Shown here piece after piece: positions 20,016-31,153 of a stretch of DNA of 64,000 bases; the first letter of the stretch is position 1, and the number at the start of each line of letters is the position of its first letter. A program made the position numbers and the translations under genes. The DNA is taken from assembly GCA_964360255.1 (NCBI GenBank), contig CAYHVK010000004.1:8595-72594 (forward strand). The letters run 5' to 3'. The notes below the pieces were generated by a model. That model was not told the DNA's origin and ran no database searches. It saw only the letters and a program-made list of their open reading frames with translations. The stretch comes from an uncultured Pseudobdellovibrionaceae bacterium. Lineage in GTDB: Bacteria > Bdellovibrionota > Bdellovibrionia > Bdellovibrionales > UBA1609.

Positions 20016-20315
20016 TTATTTCTTTTTCATTTTTTCCATGCGCTTATCGATACGATCTTTGCGGCCTTCCATACGCTCCATCATATTGCCATGACGGTAC
20101 TCTTTCATTTTTTCGCGGCAGGCTTTGAGCGCATCTTTGTCTTTAGCGCCATCAATACAAGATTTATGATCTTGCAAAGCCTTGATATGCTCATCCACTT
20201 CTTTGCTGATTTCAGCTTTATGAGTGGCGAAATCTTTTTCATCACCTTGTGCAAAGCTTAAGCTCACATTTAATGACAGCGCTAGTACAGCACCGAGTAA
20301 CATAGATTTGTTCAT
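20016..20315 (-). CDS. Small secreted Lys/His/Met-rich helical protein
   Basis: Signal peptide (SFA/Q). AAGGAG lies 7 nt upstream of the ATG. Two Cys residues. The opposite-strand ORF 19902-20261 is judged a shadow. Confidence 0.55.
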   Translation of the reverse strand: MNKSMLLGAVLALSLNVSLSFAQGDEKDFATHKAEISKEVDEHIKALQDHKSCIDGAKDKDALKACREKMKEYRHGNMMERMEGRKDRIDKRMEKMKKK

Positions 20316-20387
20316 GATATTCTCCTTAATTAAGCAGATAAATTCTGCAAATATAGCTTAATTATGGCGAGGCGCAGCTCACAAGAT

Positions 20388-20420
20388 ATAAGAAAGTTTC
20401 ATCTCAACCTGAGACGAAAC
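20388..20420 (-). terminator. Terminator candidate after dut
   Basis: GTTTCGTCTCA-ggt-TGAGATGAAAC (one mismatch), followed by TTTCTTAT on the minus strand. Confidence 0.45.
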
Positions 20421-20467
20421 TAAATAGAAAGCTGTAATATATGTGTAATGCTGCAGTCTAGCGCTGT

Positions 20468-21217
20468 TTAACCGCGACCTGTACTACCAAAACCGCCAGC
20501 GCCACGCACCGTCTCATCTAAGTTTTCAACTTCTTGAAACTGAGCTTGAAGAACTGGACACAGCACGAGCTGAGCAATTCGATCTTGATCTGAAATCGTA
20601 ATCGTTTTGTCGCCTAGATTGATGAGAATAATTTTAACTTCCCCGCGATAATCAGCATCGATAGTCCCTGGAGTGTTAAGAAGAGAAACACCATCGCGAA
20701 TCGCCCAGCCACTGCGTGGACGAGCTTGGATTTCATAACCTGCCGGAATCGCAAATGCGAGACCTGTCGGCACAAGGACACGCTGACCCACCGCCACTTC
20801 AATTGGGTTTTCAAGTTGCGCGCGAACATCGAGGCCACTTGCTAATGAAGTTTGGTACTTCGGTAATTCACCTTTGAAATTTTCAAGTTTCTTCACTTGT
20901 ACGGTTACTGTTGCAAGAGGTGACAGGCCAGATGAATTTTGTTGAGAACCGGCATTCATTTGTGCGGCGGCAGACATCGCTTTTGAAACAGCTGTAGCCA
21001 AGATTGGCTTTACTAATCCATCTTTAACTGTCGCTTCAAAAAGTAAAGCCAATTTACGAACATTCTCGTCACGTTGATGTTTCTCAACAAGATTGTTCTC
21101 AACGAATTTTTCAACAAAGCCGGCGAAAAATTTCACACGCTCTTTTAAAACATCAGAAGAACTGGGAGCAGAATTTTCTGAAATATTCTCAGAGTTTGTT
21201 TCTGTTGTGGTTTCCAT
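20468..21217 (-). CDS. dut: dUTP diphosphatase with about 100-aa N-terminal extension
   Basis: The C-terminal roughly 150 aa carry dUTPase motifs (ARPRSG, PGTIDADYRGE, RGAGGFGSTG). The long form starts 12 nt after the M16 gene, with AAGGGGA upstream. Confidence 0.85.
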   Translation of the reverse strand: METTTETNSENISENSAPSSSDVLKERVKFFAGFVEKFVENNLVEKHQRDENVRKLALLFEATVKDGLVKPILATAVSKAMSAAAQMNAGSQQNSSGLSPLATVTVQVKKLENFKGELPKYQTSLASGLDVRAQLENPIEVAVGQRVLVPTGLAFAIPAGYEIQARPRSGWAIRDGVSLLNTPGTIDADYRGEVKIILINLGDKTITISDQDRIAQLVLCPVLQAQFQEVENLDETVRGAGGFGSTGRG

Positions 21218-21229
21218 AATTAATCCCCT

Positions 21230-22513
21230 TTAAATGTATTTTTTAAGCTCACGAGTCACGCGGTCTTCGTTGCAATCACCCATTACTAATAACCCTAACT
21301 TATTTAAATCAAAATATCGCTTTACGTAAGTTTGAATTTGATCAGGTGTCACTTTTTCTATTTCCTGTATCACGTAATCAACAGAGCGGTTTTCGCCAAA
21401 CGTCATTTCACTGAAGGCAATTGAGTTCATACGATTTTCTAAGTCGTCAGACTCGAGAATGTAACCGCCGATCACCTGACGTTTAAAGAAATCCAGCTCG
21501 CTCACCGTCAGACCCTTTTTATAGAAGCGTTCGACTTCTTTCAAAATAATACTCATGACTTTTTTCAAATGCTCAGCCGAAGTCCCTGCATAAAGCATCA
21601 TTAGGCCCGTATCTGCAAAAGGCTGAATATGACTGAACACCGAATATGAAAGGCCTGCTTGTTCACGCACTTTTTGGTAAAGGCGCGACGTCATTCCGCC
21701 ACCTAAAGCGGCATTGACAATATACGAAGCAAAACGAAGTGGGTCTTTCACTCCGCAAGATGGTGTGGACATTAAGAAGTGCACTTGCTCACCGGGACGA
21801 GTGATCGCTTTGGCAAAGTTTGTAAACTGCGGGCGCTTACGAAGAGGTGCTTGAAAAGGTTTACGGCGCAAGCTGAGTGTACGACGAACCAGATCTACCA
21901 CAAACTCATGCTCCACATGACCAGCCACTGAGACAATCATGTTGTGACCATGATAGCGACGATTGTAGAAATCAAAAATTTTGCTGCGACTCATTGAGTT
22001 GAGGGTTTTAGGCGTGCCTAGAATAGAGCGACTGAGATCATTGTTTTTATAAACGTTGGCGAAAAAGACATCGTAAATATAATCATCGGTTTGATCCGAC
22101 GACATTTTGATCTCTTGAATAATAACTTCCCGCTCTTTTTTTACATCGCCCACATCAAAAGTGGCATTGCTCATTAAATCCGTCAAAACGTCTAAAGCGA
22201 GAGGCAAATGTTCTTTTAGCGATGTAGAATGAAAGCAGGTCTGCTCGCGCGTAGTATAGGCATTTAGCTCGCCACCCACGGCTTCGAGACTTTTCACGAT
22301 CTCATAAGCATCACGGGTTTCAGTGCCCTTAAAAACTAAGTGCTCAACAAAGTGAGCGGCGCCAGACATCTCTGCTGGCTCGTCACGAGTTCCTAAATCT
22401 AAAGTAATACCGGCACTAACACCGCGGCAGTAAGGGTGGTGTTCGGTAACAACACGAACACCGTTATCAAGAATGGTTTTTTTAAATACGGGTTCGTACT
22501 CAAAACTTTTCAA
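21230..22513 (-). CDS. M16 (pitrilysin) family zinc peptidase
   Basis: Inverted zinc motif HFVEHLVFKGT. 427 aa, in the common pnp-M16-dut context. Confidence 0.88.
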   Translation of the reverse strand: MKSFEYEPVFKKTILDNGVRVVTEHHPYCRGVSAGITLDLGTRDEPAEMSGAAHFVEHLVFKGTETRDAYEIVKSLEAVGGELNAYTTREQTCFHSTSLKEHLPLALDVLTDLMSNATFDVGDVKKEREVIIQEIKMSSDQTDDYIYDVFFANVYKNNDLSRSILGTPKTLNSMSRSKIFDFYNRRYHGHNMIVSVAGHVEHEFVVDLVRRTLSLRRKPFQAPLRKRPQFTNFAKAITRPGEQVHFLMSTPSCGVKDPLRFASYIVNAALGGGMTSRLYQKVREQAGLSYSVFSHIQPFADTGLMMLYAGTSAEHLKKVMSIILKEVERFYKKGLTVSELDFFKRQVIGGYILESDDLENRMNSIAFSEMTFGENRSVDYVIQEIEKVTPDQIQTYVKRYFDLNKLGLLVMGDCNEDRVTRELKKYI

Positions 22514-22538
22514 ATTTCAGCCACTCCCCCAGAGTTTA

Positions 22539-22560
22539 AGCTAGCACAAAAATGCTAGCT
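22539..22560 (-). terminator. Stem-loop downstream of pnp (terminator or processing site)
   Basis: AGCTAGCA-6 nt-TGCTAGCT, with no T-run. Confidence 0.3.
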
Positions 22561-22576
22561 CTAGTGGACTTAAATT

Positions 22577-24682
22577 TTAGCTGTTAGCTGGGCGCTCAAG
22601 TAAAGCTTTGCGAGAGAGCTTAATACGGCCTGAGCGATCAACTTCTAGAACTTTTACGTCAATGATGTCACCTTCGTTAACAACATCAGTCACTTGGCGC
22701 ACACGTTCATGAGCAAGTTCAGAAATGTGTAAGAGACCGCTGACATTCGGAAGAACTTCTACAAAGGCACCAAAATCAGCAATTTTAACAACTTTACCAC
22801 GATATGTTTTGCCAGCTTCTGGCTCAGCTACAATATCGTTAATCATCTGAATAGCTCTCTTAGTGGCTTGCGGATCAGCAGAAGCAATATTGATTCGACC
22901 GCTATCTTCGATATCGATCTTAACGCCAGTGGCTTCGATAATGCTCTTGATCACTTTACCGCCAGATCCGATCACTTCACGAACTTTCTCAGGTTTAACC
23001 TGAATTGTTTCGATTCTCGGAGCGAATTCAGAGATTTGACCACGAGGTGTCGTCATCGTCTTTTCCATCTCATTGAGAATATGAATGCGGCCGTCTTTGG
23101 CCTGCGCTAATGCTTTCTCGAAAATCTCGAAAGTAAGACTGTCGATTTTAATATCCATTTGAAGAGCCGTAATGCCATCACGCGTACCTGCCACTTTGAA
23201 GTCCATGTCACCTAAGTGATCTTCATCACCGAGAATGTCAGTAAGAACCGCATAGCGACCACCGTCAGTGATTAAACCCATTGCAATACCAGCAACGTTA
23301 CCTTTAATCGGCACGCCCGCATCAAGTAGAGCTAGGATACCTGAGCAAACAGTACCCATTGAACTTGAACCGTTTGATTCAAGAACTTCACTCACAATAC
23401 GAATGACGTACGGGAACTTTGTGTAATCTGGCAATATCGGCTTAATCGCGCGCTCAGCTAGATTTCCGTGTCCGATCTCACGACGAGACTGGCCACCCAT
23501 ACGCCCTGCTTCACCTACGCTGAATGGAGGGAAGTTATAGTGGAGCAAGAATTTACGGTTAAGAGTGCCTTGAAGAGCATCAATTCTTTGCTCGTCATCA
23601 CCAGTGCCGAGAGTTACGGCTCCAAGAACTTGCGTCTCACCACGAGTGAACAAACCTGAACCGTGGGCCCGTGGAAGAAGACCGACTTCCGTTGAAATCG
23701 GACGGACTGTTTTCACATCACGACCATCAAGACGAGAGCCTTTATCTAAAACCATTCCGCGAGCTTCTTGATATTTCACATCTTCAAAAATCTTGTTCAA
23801 TTCTTTTTCGCGCGGACCTTGAAGGTCTTTTGCTAAAGAGCTGACAAGTTGAGTTGTCGCTGAAGCTAAAGCTTCATCAAGTTTACCGTAACGAGCGGCT
23901 TTTACTTTTTCGCCAAAAGCATCTTTTACCTTCGGACGAAGTAAAGCTTCTGCTGTGGCTTTGAAATCAGCATCGATAATTGCTGGAGTGAAGTCACGCT
24001 TAGCTACGTTACCCGCTAGCTTACGAAGTTCATCTTGAGCCGCCAAAATCGGCTTGAAGGCTTCGTGAGCGTGTTTAAGAGCGGCAAGCACATCAGCTTC
24101 AGTTACAAACTTAGATTCACCTTCAACCATCAGGATACCGTTCTTAGTACCTGATAACATGATTTCGAAATCTGATTTTTCGAGTTCAGCGAATGTCGGA
24201 TTCAAAATAAATTTTCCGTCAACACGGCCAACAGTCAAAGCCGCTATCGGACCATTAAACGGAATATCAGACATGTGTGTCGCAGCTGATGCTGCAATTG
24301 AAGCTAATGTGTTGATCGGATACTGACCATCGTAGCTCATGATTGTCGCAACGATTTGAGTTTCGCTGTTGTAACCTTCTGGGAAACATGGGCGCATAGG
24401 ACGGTCAATGAGTCGTGCGCTTAATACCGCGTCGTTCGTTGGCTTAGCTTCACGCTTGAAGTATCCACCGGGGATTTTACCAGTCGAATAGAATCTTTCG
24501 ATGTACTCAACGGTTAACGGAAAAAAGTCTTTACCACTATCACCATGATTAGACACAACTGTTACGAGAACAATGTTATCACCACAAGTAATAAGGGCCG
24601 AGCCATGAGCTTGTTTTGCAAGACGGCCAGTCTCGATAGTTACATCGCGGCCTTGAATCTGAAATTTAACAGTTTGCTTCAT
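22577..24682 (-). CDS. pnp: Polyribonucleotide nucleotidyltransferase (PNPase)
   Basis: Two RNase PH domains ([16 protein letters not shown]) plus KH and S1 C-terminal domains. 701 aa. Confidence 0.97.
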   Translation of the reverse strand: MKQTVKFQIQGRDVTIETGRLAKQAHGSALITCGDNIVLVTVVSNHGDSGKDFFPLTVEYIERFYSTGKIPGGYFKREAKPTNDAVLSARLIDRPMRPCFPEGYNSETQIVATIMSYDGQYPINTLASIAASAATHMSDIPFNGPIAALTVGRVDGKFILNPTFAELEKSDFEIMLSGTKNGILMVEGESKFVTEADVLAALKHAHEAFKPILAAQDELRKLAGNVAKRDFTPAIIDADFKATAEALLRPKVKDAFGEKVKAARYGKLDEALASATTQLVSSLAKDLQGPREKELNKIFEDVKYQEARGMVLDKGSRLDGRDVKTVRPISTEVGLLPRAHGSGLFTRGETQVLGAVTLGTGDDEQRIDALQGTLNRKFLLHYNFPPFSVGEAGRMGGQSRREIGHGNLAERAIKPILPDYTKFPYVIRIVSEVLESNGSSSMGTVCSGILALLDAGVPIKGNVAGIAMGLITDGGRYAVLTDILGDEDHLGDMDFKVAGTRDGITALQMDIKIDSLTFEIFEKALAQAKDGRIHILNEMEKTMTTPRGQISEFAPRIETIQVKPEKVREVIGSGGKVIKSIIEATGVKIDIEDSGRINIASADPQATKRAIQMINDIVAEPEAGKTYRGKVVKIADFGAFVEVLPNVSGLLHISELAHERVRQVTDVVNEGDIIDVKVLEVDRSGRIKLSRKALLERPANS

Positions 24683-24703
24683 TTGTTCTCCGAACAGTTC
24701 TGA

Positions 24704-24973
24704 TTATTTTCTAAGCTTTAAATCTTCGATTAATTTTGTGTATTTTTCTGGGCTAGTACGACGAAGATATGTCAGTAGCGAACGACGTTGGCTCACGAGC
24801 TTGAACATACCACGACGACCGTGATTGTCTTTATCATGAGTTTTAAAGTGATCTGTTAAGCGTGAAATACGCTCAGATAAGATTGCGATTTGAACTTCTG
24901 GGCTACCAGTATCAAGTCCACCGCGGCTAAAACGTTTTACTAATGCTTCTTTTTCTTGTTTCATTAACGCCAT
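24704..24973 (-). CDS. rpsO: 30S ribosomal protein S15
   Basis: 89 aa with GSPEVQIAILSERISRLTDHFK. AAGGAG RBS. Confidence 0.95.
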   Translation of the reverse strand: MALMKQEKEALVKRFSRGGLDTGSPEVQIAILSERISRLTDHFKTHDKDNHGRRGMFKLVSQRRSLLTYLRRTSPEKYTKLIEDLKLRK

Positions 24974-25079
24974 ATATTCTCCTTGGTAATCACCCAGGCC
25001 ACCGTTTTGGCTTTCGCTTGTCCCGAGTTTTTTAAAATTTCTCGAGGACTTTACAGCGGTTATAGAGGAGGTTCAAGCA

Positions 25080-26003
25080 TTAAACTGGCTTAAAAACGCG
25101 TTTCACTCGGATGGCTTCAAAAGGCTTAATTTCAATAAGAGCCAAGAGGCGCTCCTCCGACCCAAAGATACGAAAAATAGTGGGTTTTTGCAGGCGATTG
25201 CAGTCTTTTTGCTCTGGGATCAATCGTCTTTCCATATCAAAACTCACTTGGCCATTCATTAATAAGCGCTCGTCTTTACCTCTAATACTCATAGATTTGA
25301 ACTGGGGCAGCGCCTTTGCTAAAGGAATAAAACTCTGACCCGTCATAGTGGCTTCAGGAGAAGATTCAAGATCTTGTAAATCTGAGGCTTGAGAGAGATC
25401 AAAAGGCTGTGAGAAGGTTCTTTGTAAAGAAGAAAGAGTCCCGCCAACACCGAGTTTTTTACCAAATTCAGAGGCCCAAGTGCGGATGTAACTGCCTTTA
25501 GAGCATAAAATTCGGCCATCAAAGCTCTGACCCGTCACCTCTATAGGCTCAAGCGACCAAAACTTCATTTCTTTTATAGGAGCATCCACGACTTCATTAT
25601 TGCGGGCCATTTCGTAGAGTTTGCGACCCTCTTTTTTAATCGCCGAGAAGGCCGGGACTGGCCAACTGAAATCACCAACTAAAGATTGGGCCGCACTTGA
25701 TACATCATGGATGTCTAAATTTACTTCTTGTTGCTTGAGGATTTGGCCATCCATATCAAGAGTATCTGTTTCAACACCCAACTGAACTTTAAGACGATAA
25801 CCTTTGTCACCGGTTAAAACATAATCAGAAATTTTGGTCGCCTCACCCAGAAGCAAAACAAGTAAACCGGTGGCCATCGGGTCTAGAGTGCCCGCGTGGC
25901 CGACATCGCGAGTGTTTAAAGCTCGGCGAACACGGTTGACCACATCATGAGATGTGATTTTACCGGGCTTATTAATAAGAAGCAGACCTGATGGATAAGA
26001 CAC
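25080..26003 (-). CDS. truB: tRNA pseudouridine-55 synthase
   Basis: GLLLINKPGKITSHD, and the catalytic GHAGTLDPMATGLL. Confidence 0.93.
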   Translation of the reverse strand: MSYPSGLLLINKPGKITSHDVVNRVRRALNTRDVGHAGTLDPMATGLLVLLLGEATKISDYVLTGDKGYRLKVQLGVETDTLDMDGQILKQQEVNLDIHDVSSAAQSLVGDFSWPVPAFSAIKKEGRKLYEMARNNEVVDAPIKEMKFWSLEPIEVTGQSFDGRILCSKGSYIRTWASEFGKKLGVGGTLSSLQRTFSQPFDLSQASDLQDLESSPEATMTGQSFIPLAKALPQFKSMSIRGKDERLLMNGQVSFDMERRLIPEQKDCNRLQKPTIFRIFGSEERLLALIEIKPFEAIRVKRVFKPV

Positions 26004-26008
26004 AGATC

Positions 26009-26380
26009 TTATTCTTCTTCTTGATCTGATTTGCGTTTTTTTGAAATATCATGAAGTAGAGATTCAATCTTAATCATGTGCTCAAAGCCATGATCGATAG
26101 TGAATGAGAGACGCGGAGTAAAACGCATGCTGAGTTTACTTGCGACATGTTTTTGAATATCTTTAAGTCGTTCATTCAAAATTTCCATTGAATTGTCGCG
26201 ATCTTCATCACTACCCAAAACACTTATGAAAACTTTGGCGGTGCGGAGCTTTTCTGTCACTTGAACACGTGAAACAGAGACAAGTCCGTAGAGTTTTTGT
26301 CCGACCCCGCGAGCTATGTAGCTCGCGATCAATTGCTGTAACTCTTTTTCGACTTTTAAAATTCGACGACTATCGGCCAT
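26009..26380 (-). CDS. rbfA: Ribosome-binding factor A
   Basis: 123 aa in the conserved infB-rbfA-truB position, with a KH-like core (VSVSRVQVTEKLRTAKVFISV). Confidence 0.9.
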   Translation of the reverse strand: MADSRRILKVEKELQQLIASYIARGVGQKLYGLVSVSRVQVTEKLRTAKVFISVLGSDEDRDNSMEILNERLKDIQKHVASKLSMRFTPRLSFTIDHGFEHMIKIESLLHDISKKRKSDQEEE

Positions 26381-26382
26381 GA

Positions 26383-29103
26383 TTATAAACTTCGTGTGAT
26401 TGATTCAATCACGAAGGCCTCGATCACATCGCCCACTTTCATGTCGTTGTAATTCTCGATGCCAATACCACACTCATAACCTTGAGCCACTTCTTTAACG
26501 TCATCTTTAAAGCGTCTCAAGCTGCCAATTTTACCTTCGTAAACCACAACGTTATCACGAAGTAGTCGAACACTATCCGAGCGCGAAATTTTGCCTTCTG
26601 TAACAGCGCAACCACCAATGTTACCCATTTTAGGAACGCTGAATACGTTACGCACTTCTGCGCGGCCTTGAACTTTTTCGACAAGCGTCGGCTTGAGAAG
26701 TCCGCCCATAGCTTTTTTGATATCATCAACGAGGTTATAAACAATATTGTAACCTTTAAATTCGACGCCTTTTTCTTTCGCACGTTGAGTGGCGATGGTA
26801 TCAGGTCTAACGTTGAAACCAATTATCAAACCTTTAGCAGTACTTGCTAAAAGAACGTCAGATTCAGTTACACCACCCACACCCGTGTGAATGATTTTAA
26901 CTTTAACTTCGGCCGTGTTTACTTTTTCAAGCATTCCACGAATGGCTTCAAGTGAACCCGAAACGTCAGCTTTAAGGACGATTGGCAATTCATGAACTTG
27001 TCCGGCCTGAACTTTACCATAGAGATCTTCAAGCGAAATACCACGAGTCCCTTTATTCTTCTTCTCATCAAGCTCTTGTTTGCGAGTCTCGCTAATTTTG
27101 CGAGCCATTTCTTCGTCATCAGTCACAACAAAGGCGTCGCCCGCTTCTGGAGTCGCAGAAAAACCAAGAATCTCAACCGGATCTCCCGGCTCAGCAAGTT
27201 TCACTTGTTCACCTTTATCATTCATCATCGCGCGAACGCGACCGATAGACGTACCGGCAACAATTGAGTCACCAATGCGGATAGAGCCATCAAATACTAA
27301 GAGAGTTGCAACTGGGCCGCGGCCTTTTTCAAGACGGGCTTCAACAACGGCTCCTGTACCTGAGCGTTTTGGATTTGCTTTTAAATCTTCAACTTCAGCA
27401 ACAAGCAAGATTTGCTCGAGAAGCTCAGCAATACCTGTTTTGTTTTTCGCCGACACTTCACAGAAAATATTCGTACCGCCCCACTCTTCAGGGACGATTT
27501 CAAATTCTGTGAGCTGTTGCTTAATTTTTCCAACATCGGCGCCTGGTTTATCAATTTTGTTCACAGCGATAATAATCGGCACGCCGGCCGCTTTCGCGTG
27601 ATTGATCGCCTCTGCCGTTTGTGGCATAACGCCGTCATCGGCAGCGACAACGATAATCGCCACATCAGTTACGTTGGCACCACGCGCCCGCATAGCTGTG
27701 AAAGCTTCGTGGCCCGGAGTATCTAAGAACGTGATGAATTTTCCGTTATCTAATTTAACCTTATAAGCACCAATGTGCTGAGTGATACCACCCGCCTCAC
27801 CGCTCACCACATCCGCTTTACGAATGGCATCGAGAAGCGAAGTTTTACCGTGATCGACGTGACCCATAACGGTCACAACTGGTGGACGCCCTACTTTTTC
27901 AGCATCTAAATCTCCGCCCGCAGCTGACTCTAGGAGTTCATCTGCTGATCTTTTGATATTGATTGCTTCAAACTCAAACTCTGAGCAAATCAATGAGATT
28001 GTATCGAAATCAAGATCGGTATTTGGCGTTGCCATCATACCACCTTGAACTAATTTTTTAATAATGACTGGAGTTTTCACACCCAGCGCTTGCGATAAAT
28101 CAGAAACCTTCATCGTGCCGTCAACTTGAACAACACGTTTAGAAGCTTTCGGAGTCGTTAACTCAGTCTTTTTGAAAATACCTGAAGCGATTTTCTTTTT
28201 CTTAGGTTGAAAAATAACTTCGCGTTTACGGAAGTCAGAAGCATTGAAAAGCTGAACTTCTTCTTCACGACCGCCACCGGCGCCCGCTGCTTTTTTCTTT
28301 TCCCGCTCTTTTTCGCGACGACGTTCTTCATCAAAATCTGTTTGTGCTGCTGTTGGCTCAAACATTGATGGAGCCGCTACGAATCCTGTACGGATGTTAC
28401 GTTGCTGGCCACCTGGACGAATTCCACCACGATCACCTTGACCGGCACCAGAAGGGCCTTGGGGTGGACGAGCTTTTGATAAATCCATACGACCAATAAT
28501 ATTAGTACGACGCTGAGGTGCTGGGCCCGGACTTGAAATAGGTTGAGGCCCTTTTGGAGCTTCAACTACCGGAGCTGATACAACCTCTTCACCTTCGATG
28601 CCGCCCTCAATACCAGCCGCTTCTAAAGCGGAATCAGTTGATTCTGGGGGAGCTTCTTCAACTTTTGGAACTTCACCGGCCTTACGGCGAATAACTGATG
28701 ATTTTTTTGCAGGAGTGGCAGCTGTGGCCGCAGCTTCTTCAACCGGTACAACCGGAACTGTTGTTGCTGCTGCTTTTTTAACAACTTTTTTAACAGCCGT
28801 CTTAGTCGCTGGTTTTTCTTCGTCAGCGGCTTTCGATTTTGTCTTTGTCGTCGCGGCTTTAGCCGTCGCCTTTGGAGCTGCTTTTGCACCGGCAGCTTTG
28901 CGCGCTGTTGTCTTGCCCTTAGGTTTTACATCTTGGGCCGCCGTTTCTTCTTGCAGCCGAGTCTTAATCGTCTCGACCATAGAATCATCAAGAACCGCCA
29001 TGTGGTTCTTGATAGGCAACTTCCACTCTTTGATTTTATCCATCAATACGAGCGTCTCTAGGCCGACTTGTTTTGCAAATTCAAAAACTTTAACCTGACT
29101 CAA
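26383..29103 (-). CDS. infB: Translation initiation factor IF-2
   Basis: GTPase motifs [20 protein letters not shown] and NKID. Lys/Ala-rich N-terminal region. 906 aa. Confidence 0.97.
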   Translation of the reverse strand: MSQVKVFEFAKQVGLETLVLMDKIKEWKLPIKNHMAVLDDSMVETIKTRLQEETAAQDVKPKGKTTARKAAGAKAAPKATAKAATTKTKSKAADEEKPATKTAVKKVVKKAAATTVPVVPVEEAAATAATPAKKSSVIRRKAGEVPKVEEAPPESTDSALEAAGIEGGIEGEEVVSAPVVEAPKGPQPISSPGPAPQRRTNIIGRMDLSKARPPQGPSGAGQGDRGGIRPGGQQRNIRTGFVAAPSMFEPTAAQTDFDEERRREKEREKKKAAGAGGGREEEVQLFNASDFRKREVIFQPKKKKIASGIFKKTELTTPKASKRVVQVDGTMKVSDLSQALGVKTPVIIKKLVQGGMMATPNTDLDFDTISLICSEFEFEAINIKRSADELLESAAGGDLDAEKVGRPPVVTVMGHVDHGKTSLLDAIRKADVVSGEAGGITQHIGAYKVKLDNGKFITFLDTPGHEAFTAMRARGANVTDVAIIVVAADDGVMPQTAEAINHAKAAGVPIIIAVNKIDKPGADVGKIKQQLTEFEIVPEEWGGTNIFCEVSAKNKTGIAELLEQILLVAEVEDLKANPKRSGTGAVVEARLEKGRGPVATLLVFDGSIRIGDSIVAGTSIGRVRAMMNDKGEQVKLAEPGDPVEILGFSATPEAGDAFVVTDDEEMARKISETRKQELDEKKNKGTRGISLEDLYGKVQAGQVHELPIVLKADVSGSLEAIRGMLEKVNTAEVKVKIIHTGVGGVTESDVLLASTAKGLIIGFNVRPDTIATQRAKEKGVEFKGYNIVYNLVDDIKKAMGGLLKPTLVEKVQGRAEVRNVFSVPKMGNIGGCAVTEGKISRSDSVRLLRDNVVVYEGKIGSLRRFKDDVKEVAQGYECGIGIENYNDMKVGDVIEAFVIESITRSL

Positions 29104-29105
29104 AT

Positions 29106-30542
29106 TTATTCCTTATCGTTTTTCTGTTCGGTTTCTTGCGCTTCTTGTTGTTTCAACTGCGATAATTCTTCTTTTAAGCGCTCTTCAGCTTTAGATTTTG
29201 CGCTGCCACCAGTAAGACCGGCGCCAGAAACAGAAACTTCACCTGAAGCTTTTGGTGCTGCTGGAATTGGTTTTCCTTCAGCTTCATATTTATCAATTAC
29301 GGCCTGAGCTGAATCAACAAGGGCACGGGCTTTCTCTTCAGTATCATAACCCGGAATCGCCATCACTTCATCAACTGCAGATTCTGCAATCGACTGGAAT
29401 GAACTGAAACCAGATTGGAAGATGTTTTGCGCCATTGTCTCTGTCATGCCAGGGATGAGCATCAAATTGAAAGTTGCATCAGCTGATTTCTGAGCTGCTG
29501 AACTTTCGCTAAGAATATCAATTTTCCATTTTGTTAATTTAGCAGCTAAACGTACGTTCTGACCCTTGCGGCCAATCGCAAGACTGAGCTGGTGATCAGG
29601 GACAACAACTTCCATAGAGCGGTTGATCTCATCAACGAAAACTTTTGAAATTTCTGCCGGAGCTAATCCGTTACAAACAAACGCCGTTGCGTCCTCTTCA
29701 AAGTTGACGATATCGATTTTTTCACCACGAAGCTCTTGTACAATGTTCTGTACACGAGAGCCCTTCATACCAACGCACGCTCCAACCGGATCAACCGATG
29801 AGTCTTTCGAGCGCACGGCGATCTTAGCACGTTGTCCTGGTTCACGAGCAGCAGCCATAATTTCTACGATGCCGTCATAAATTTCAGGAACTTCCATTTC
29901 AAAAAGTTTCACTAAGTAGCGCTCATCAGCACGAGACATAATGATCTGTGGACCACGTGTGGTCTGACGAACGTCGGCGATGTAACCTTGAAGGCGATCA
30001 CCTGGCTTATACTGCTCACCCGGAATTTGTTCACGTGGTGGAATGTAAGCTTCTGTACGGCCTAAATCCACAACGATGGCGCCTCTTTCTACACGGCGGG
30101 CGATACCTGATGCAATTTCACCTTTACGTTGTTCAAATTCATTAAAAATAATATCGCGTTCAGCATCACGCACACGCTGCGTGATAATCTGTTTCGCAGT
30201 TTGAGCGGCAATACGACCGAGGTCGCCTGACTCTAATTTTGTACCGATTGTATCGTTAAGCTGAGCATCTGGATCAAGAGTTAAAGCCTCAGTCATTTTT
30301 ATTTCAACTTCTTCATCAACGAAATCTTCGTCGTTCACAACTTCTTTGAATTCAAATAATTCAACTTCGCCAGACTCTTCGTTATATTGAGCTTCGATCT
30401 CGCGATACGTGCCCCATTTTTTACGAGCAGCTACAAGCATACCTTGAATAACGGCATCAATAACGACTTGACGGTCGATACCCTTATCTTTTCCAACTTG
30501 TTCAATGATTCTACCTAGGTCTGTGAATACATTTTCAGCCAT
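29106..30542 (-). CDS. nusA: Transcription termination/antitermination factor NusA
   Basis: N-terminal domain, S1 and two KH domains, plus a C-terminal acidic repeat region. Position is rimP-nusA-infB. Confidence 0.96.
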   Translation of the reverse strand: MAENVFTDLGRIIEQVGKDKGIDRQVVIDAVIQGMLVAARKKWGTYREIEAQYNEESGEVELFEFKEVVNDEDFVDEEVEIKMTEALTLDPDAQLNDTIGTKLESGDLGRIAAQTAKQIITQRVRDAERDIIFNEFEQRKGEIASGIARRVERGAIVVDLGRTEAYIPPREQIPGEQYKPGDRLQGYIADVRQTTRGPQIIMSRADERYLVKLFEMEVPEIYDGIVEIMAAAREPGQRAKIAVRSKDSSVDPVGACVGMKGSRVQNIVQELRGEKIDIVNFEEDATAFVCNGLAPAEISKVFVDEINRSMEVVVPDHQLSLAIGRKGQNVRLAAKLTKWKIDILSESSAAQKSADATFNLMLIPGMTETMAQNIFQSGFSSFQSIAESAVDEVMAIPGYDTEEKARALVDSAQAVIDKYEAEGKPIPAAPKASGEVSVSGAGLTGGSAKSKAEERLKEELSQLKQQEAQETEQKNDKE

Positions 30543-30544
30543 AA

Positions 30545-31042
30545 TTACCTCTTCTTTTCGTTCTTAGTAAACTCGAAAATAGTCTGAGCTTTTTTAATAT
30601 TAACAAAATCAACACTCACAGGAGTGCCGTTCACATCTACAATAATTCCGTCATCACTCACTGTCGTCAGCTGACCTTTAACCTGATTGCCTTTATGTCC
30701 TTCTGGAGGATTCAACGCTGCGATGGTCACTTTTTTGCCAACCGCTTTATCGTAATGCCATTTCAGCTTCAGCATTCTCTCTAAACCAGGGCTTGAAACT
30801 TCAAGTTCATACTGACCACCGGGTATAACATCTTCAACATCAAGCTGGAGGCTGAGTCCGCGCGAAACATTCGCGCACTGCTCGACCGTCACTTGGCCTT
30901 CGCCGTTAGCCTCAATATAGATACGGAGTACGCGGTGGCGACCAGCTCCGACAAATTCAATGTCGTAGAGTGAACAACCTTCGCGTTCGCAAACCTCTTG
31001 CGCGAGACCTTTAATCTTTTCTGTTTTTTCTTCGTTCAACAT
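30545..31042 (-). CDS. rimP: Ribosome maturation factor RimP
   Basis: 165 aa immediately upstream of nusA, with an LEVSSPGLERMLK segment. Confidence 0.9.
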   Translation of the reverse strand: MLNEEKTEKIKGLAQEVCEREGCSLYDIEFVGAGRHRVLRIYIEANGEGQVTVEQCANVSRGLSLQLDVEDVIPGGQYELEVSSPGLERMLKLKWHYDKAVGKKVTIAALNPPEGHKGNQVKGQLTTVSDDGIIVDVNGTPVSVDFVNIKKAQTIFEFTKNEKKR

Positions 31043-31097
31043 TTCTATTCAATTTTTATATTCAGTTTTTGTTATTTTGTCGGTCTGTTTTACACCT

Positions 31098-31124
31098 AAA
31101 AAAAAGAGGGCCTTTCGGGCCCTC
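31098..31124 (-). terminator. Rho-independent terminator after the GNAT gene
   Basis: On the minus strand: GAGGGCC-loop-GGCCCTC followed by TTTTTTTT. Confidence 0.8.
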
Positions 31125-31153
31125 AGACGGTAAGAACTAACAAAAAATTCAAG

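Noticed and set aside
19902-20261. 119-aa plus-strand ORF
   Set aside because: It overlaps both the end of the membrane-protein gene and the minus-strand 99-aa gene. Only the latter has AAGGAG plus a signal peptide.
24974-25079. Possible structured leader upstream of rpsO
   Set aside because: Only short, imperfect 4-5-bp complementarities were found. No convincing hairpin or promoter hexamers were seen.
26517-29098. Numerous 60-170-aa ORFs on both strands inside infB
   Set aside because: They are shadows of the stop-poor, Lys/Ala-rich and GTPase-coding infB sequence. The infB frame carries all the motifs.
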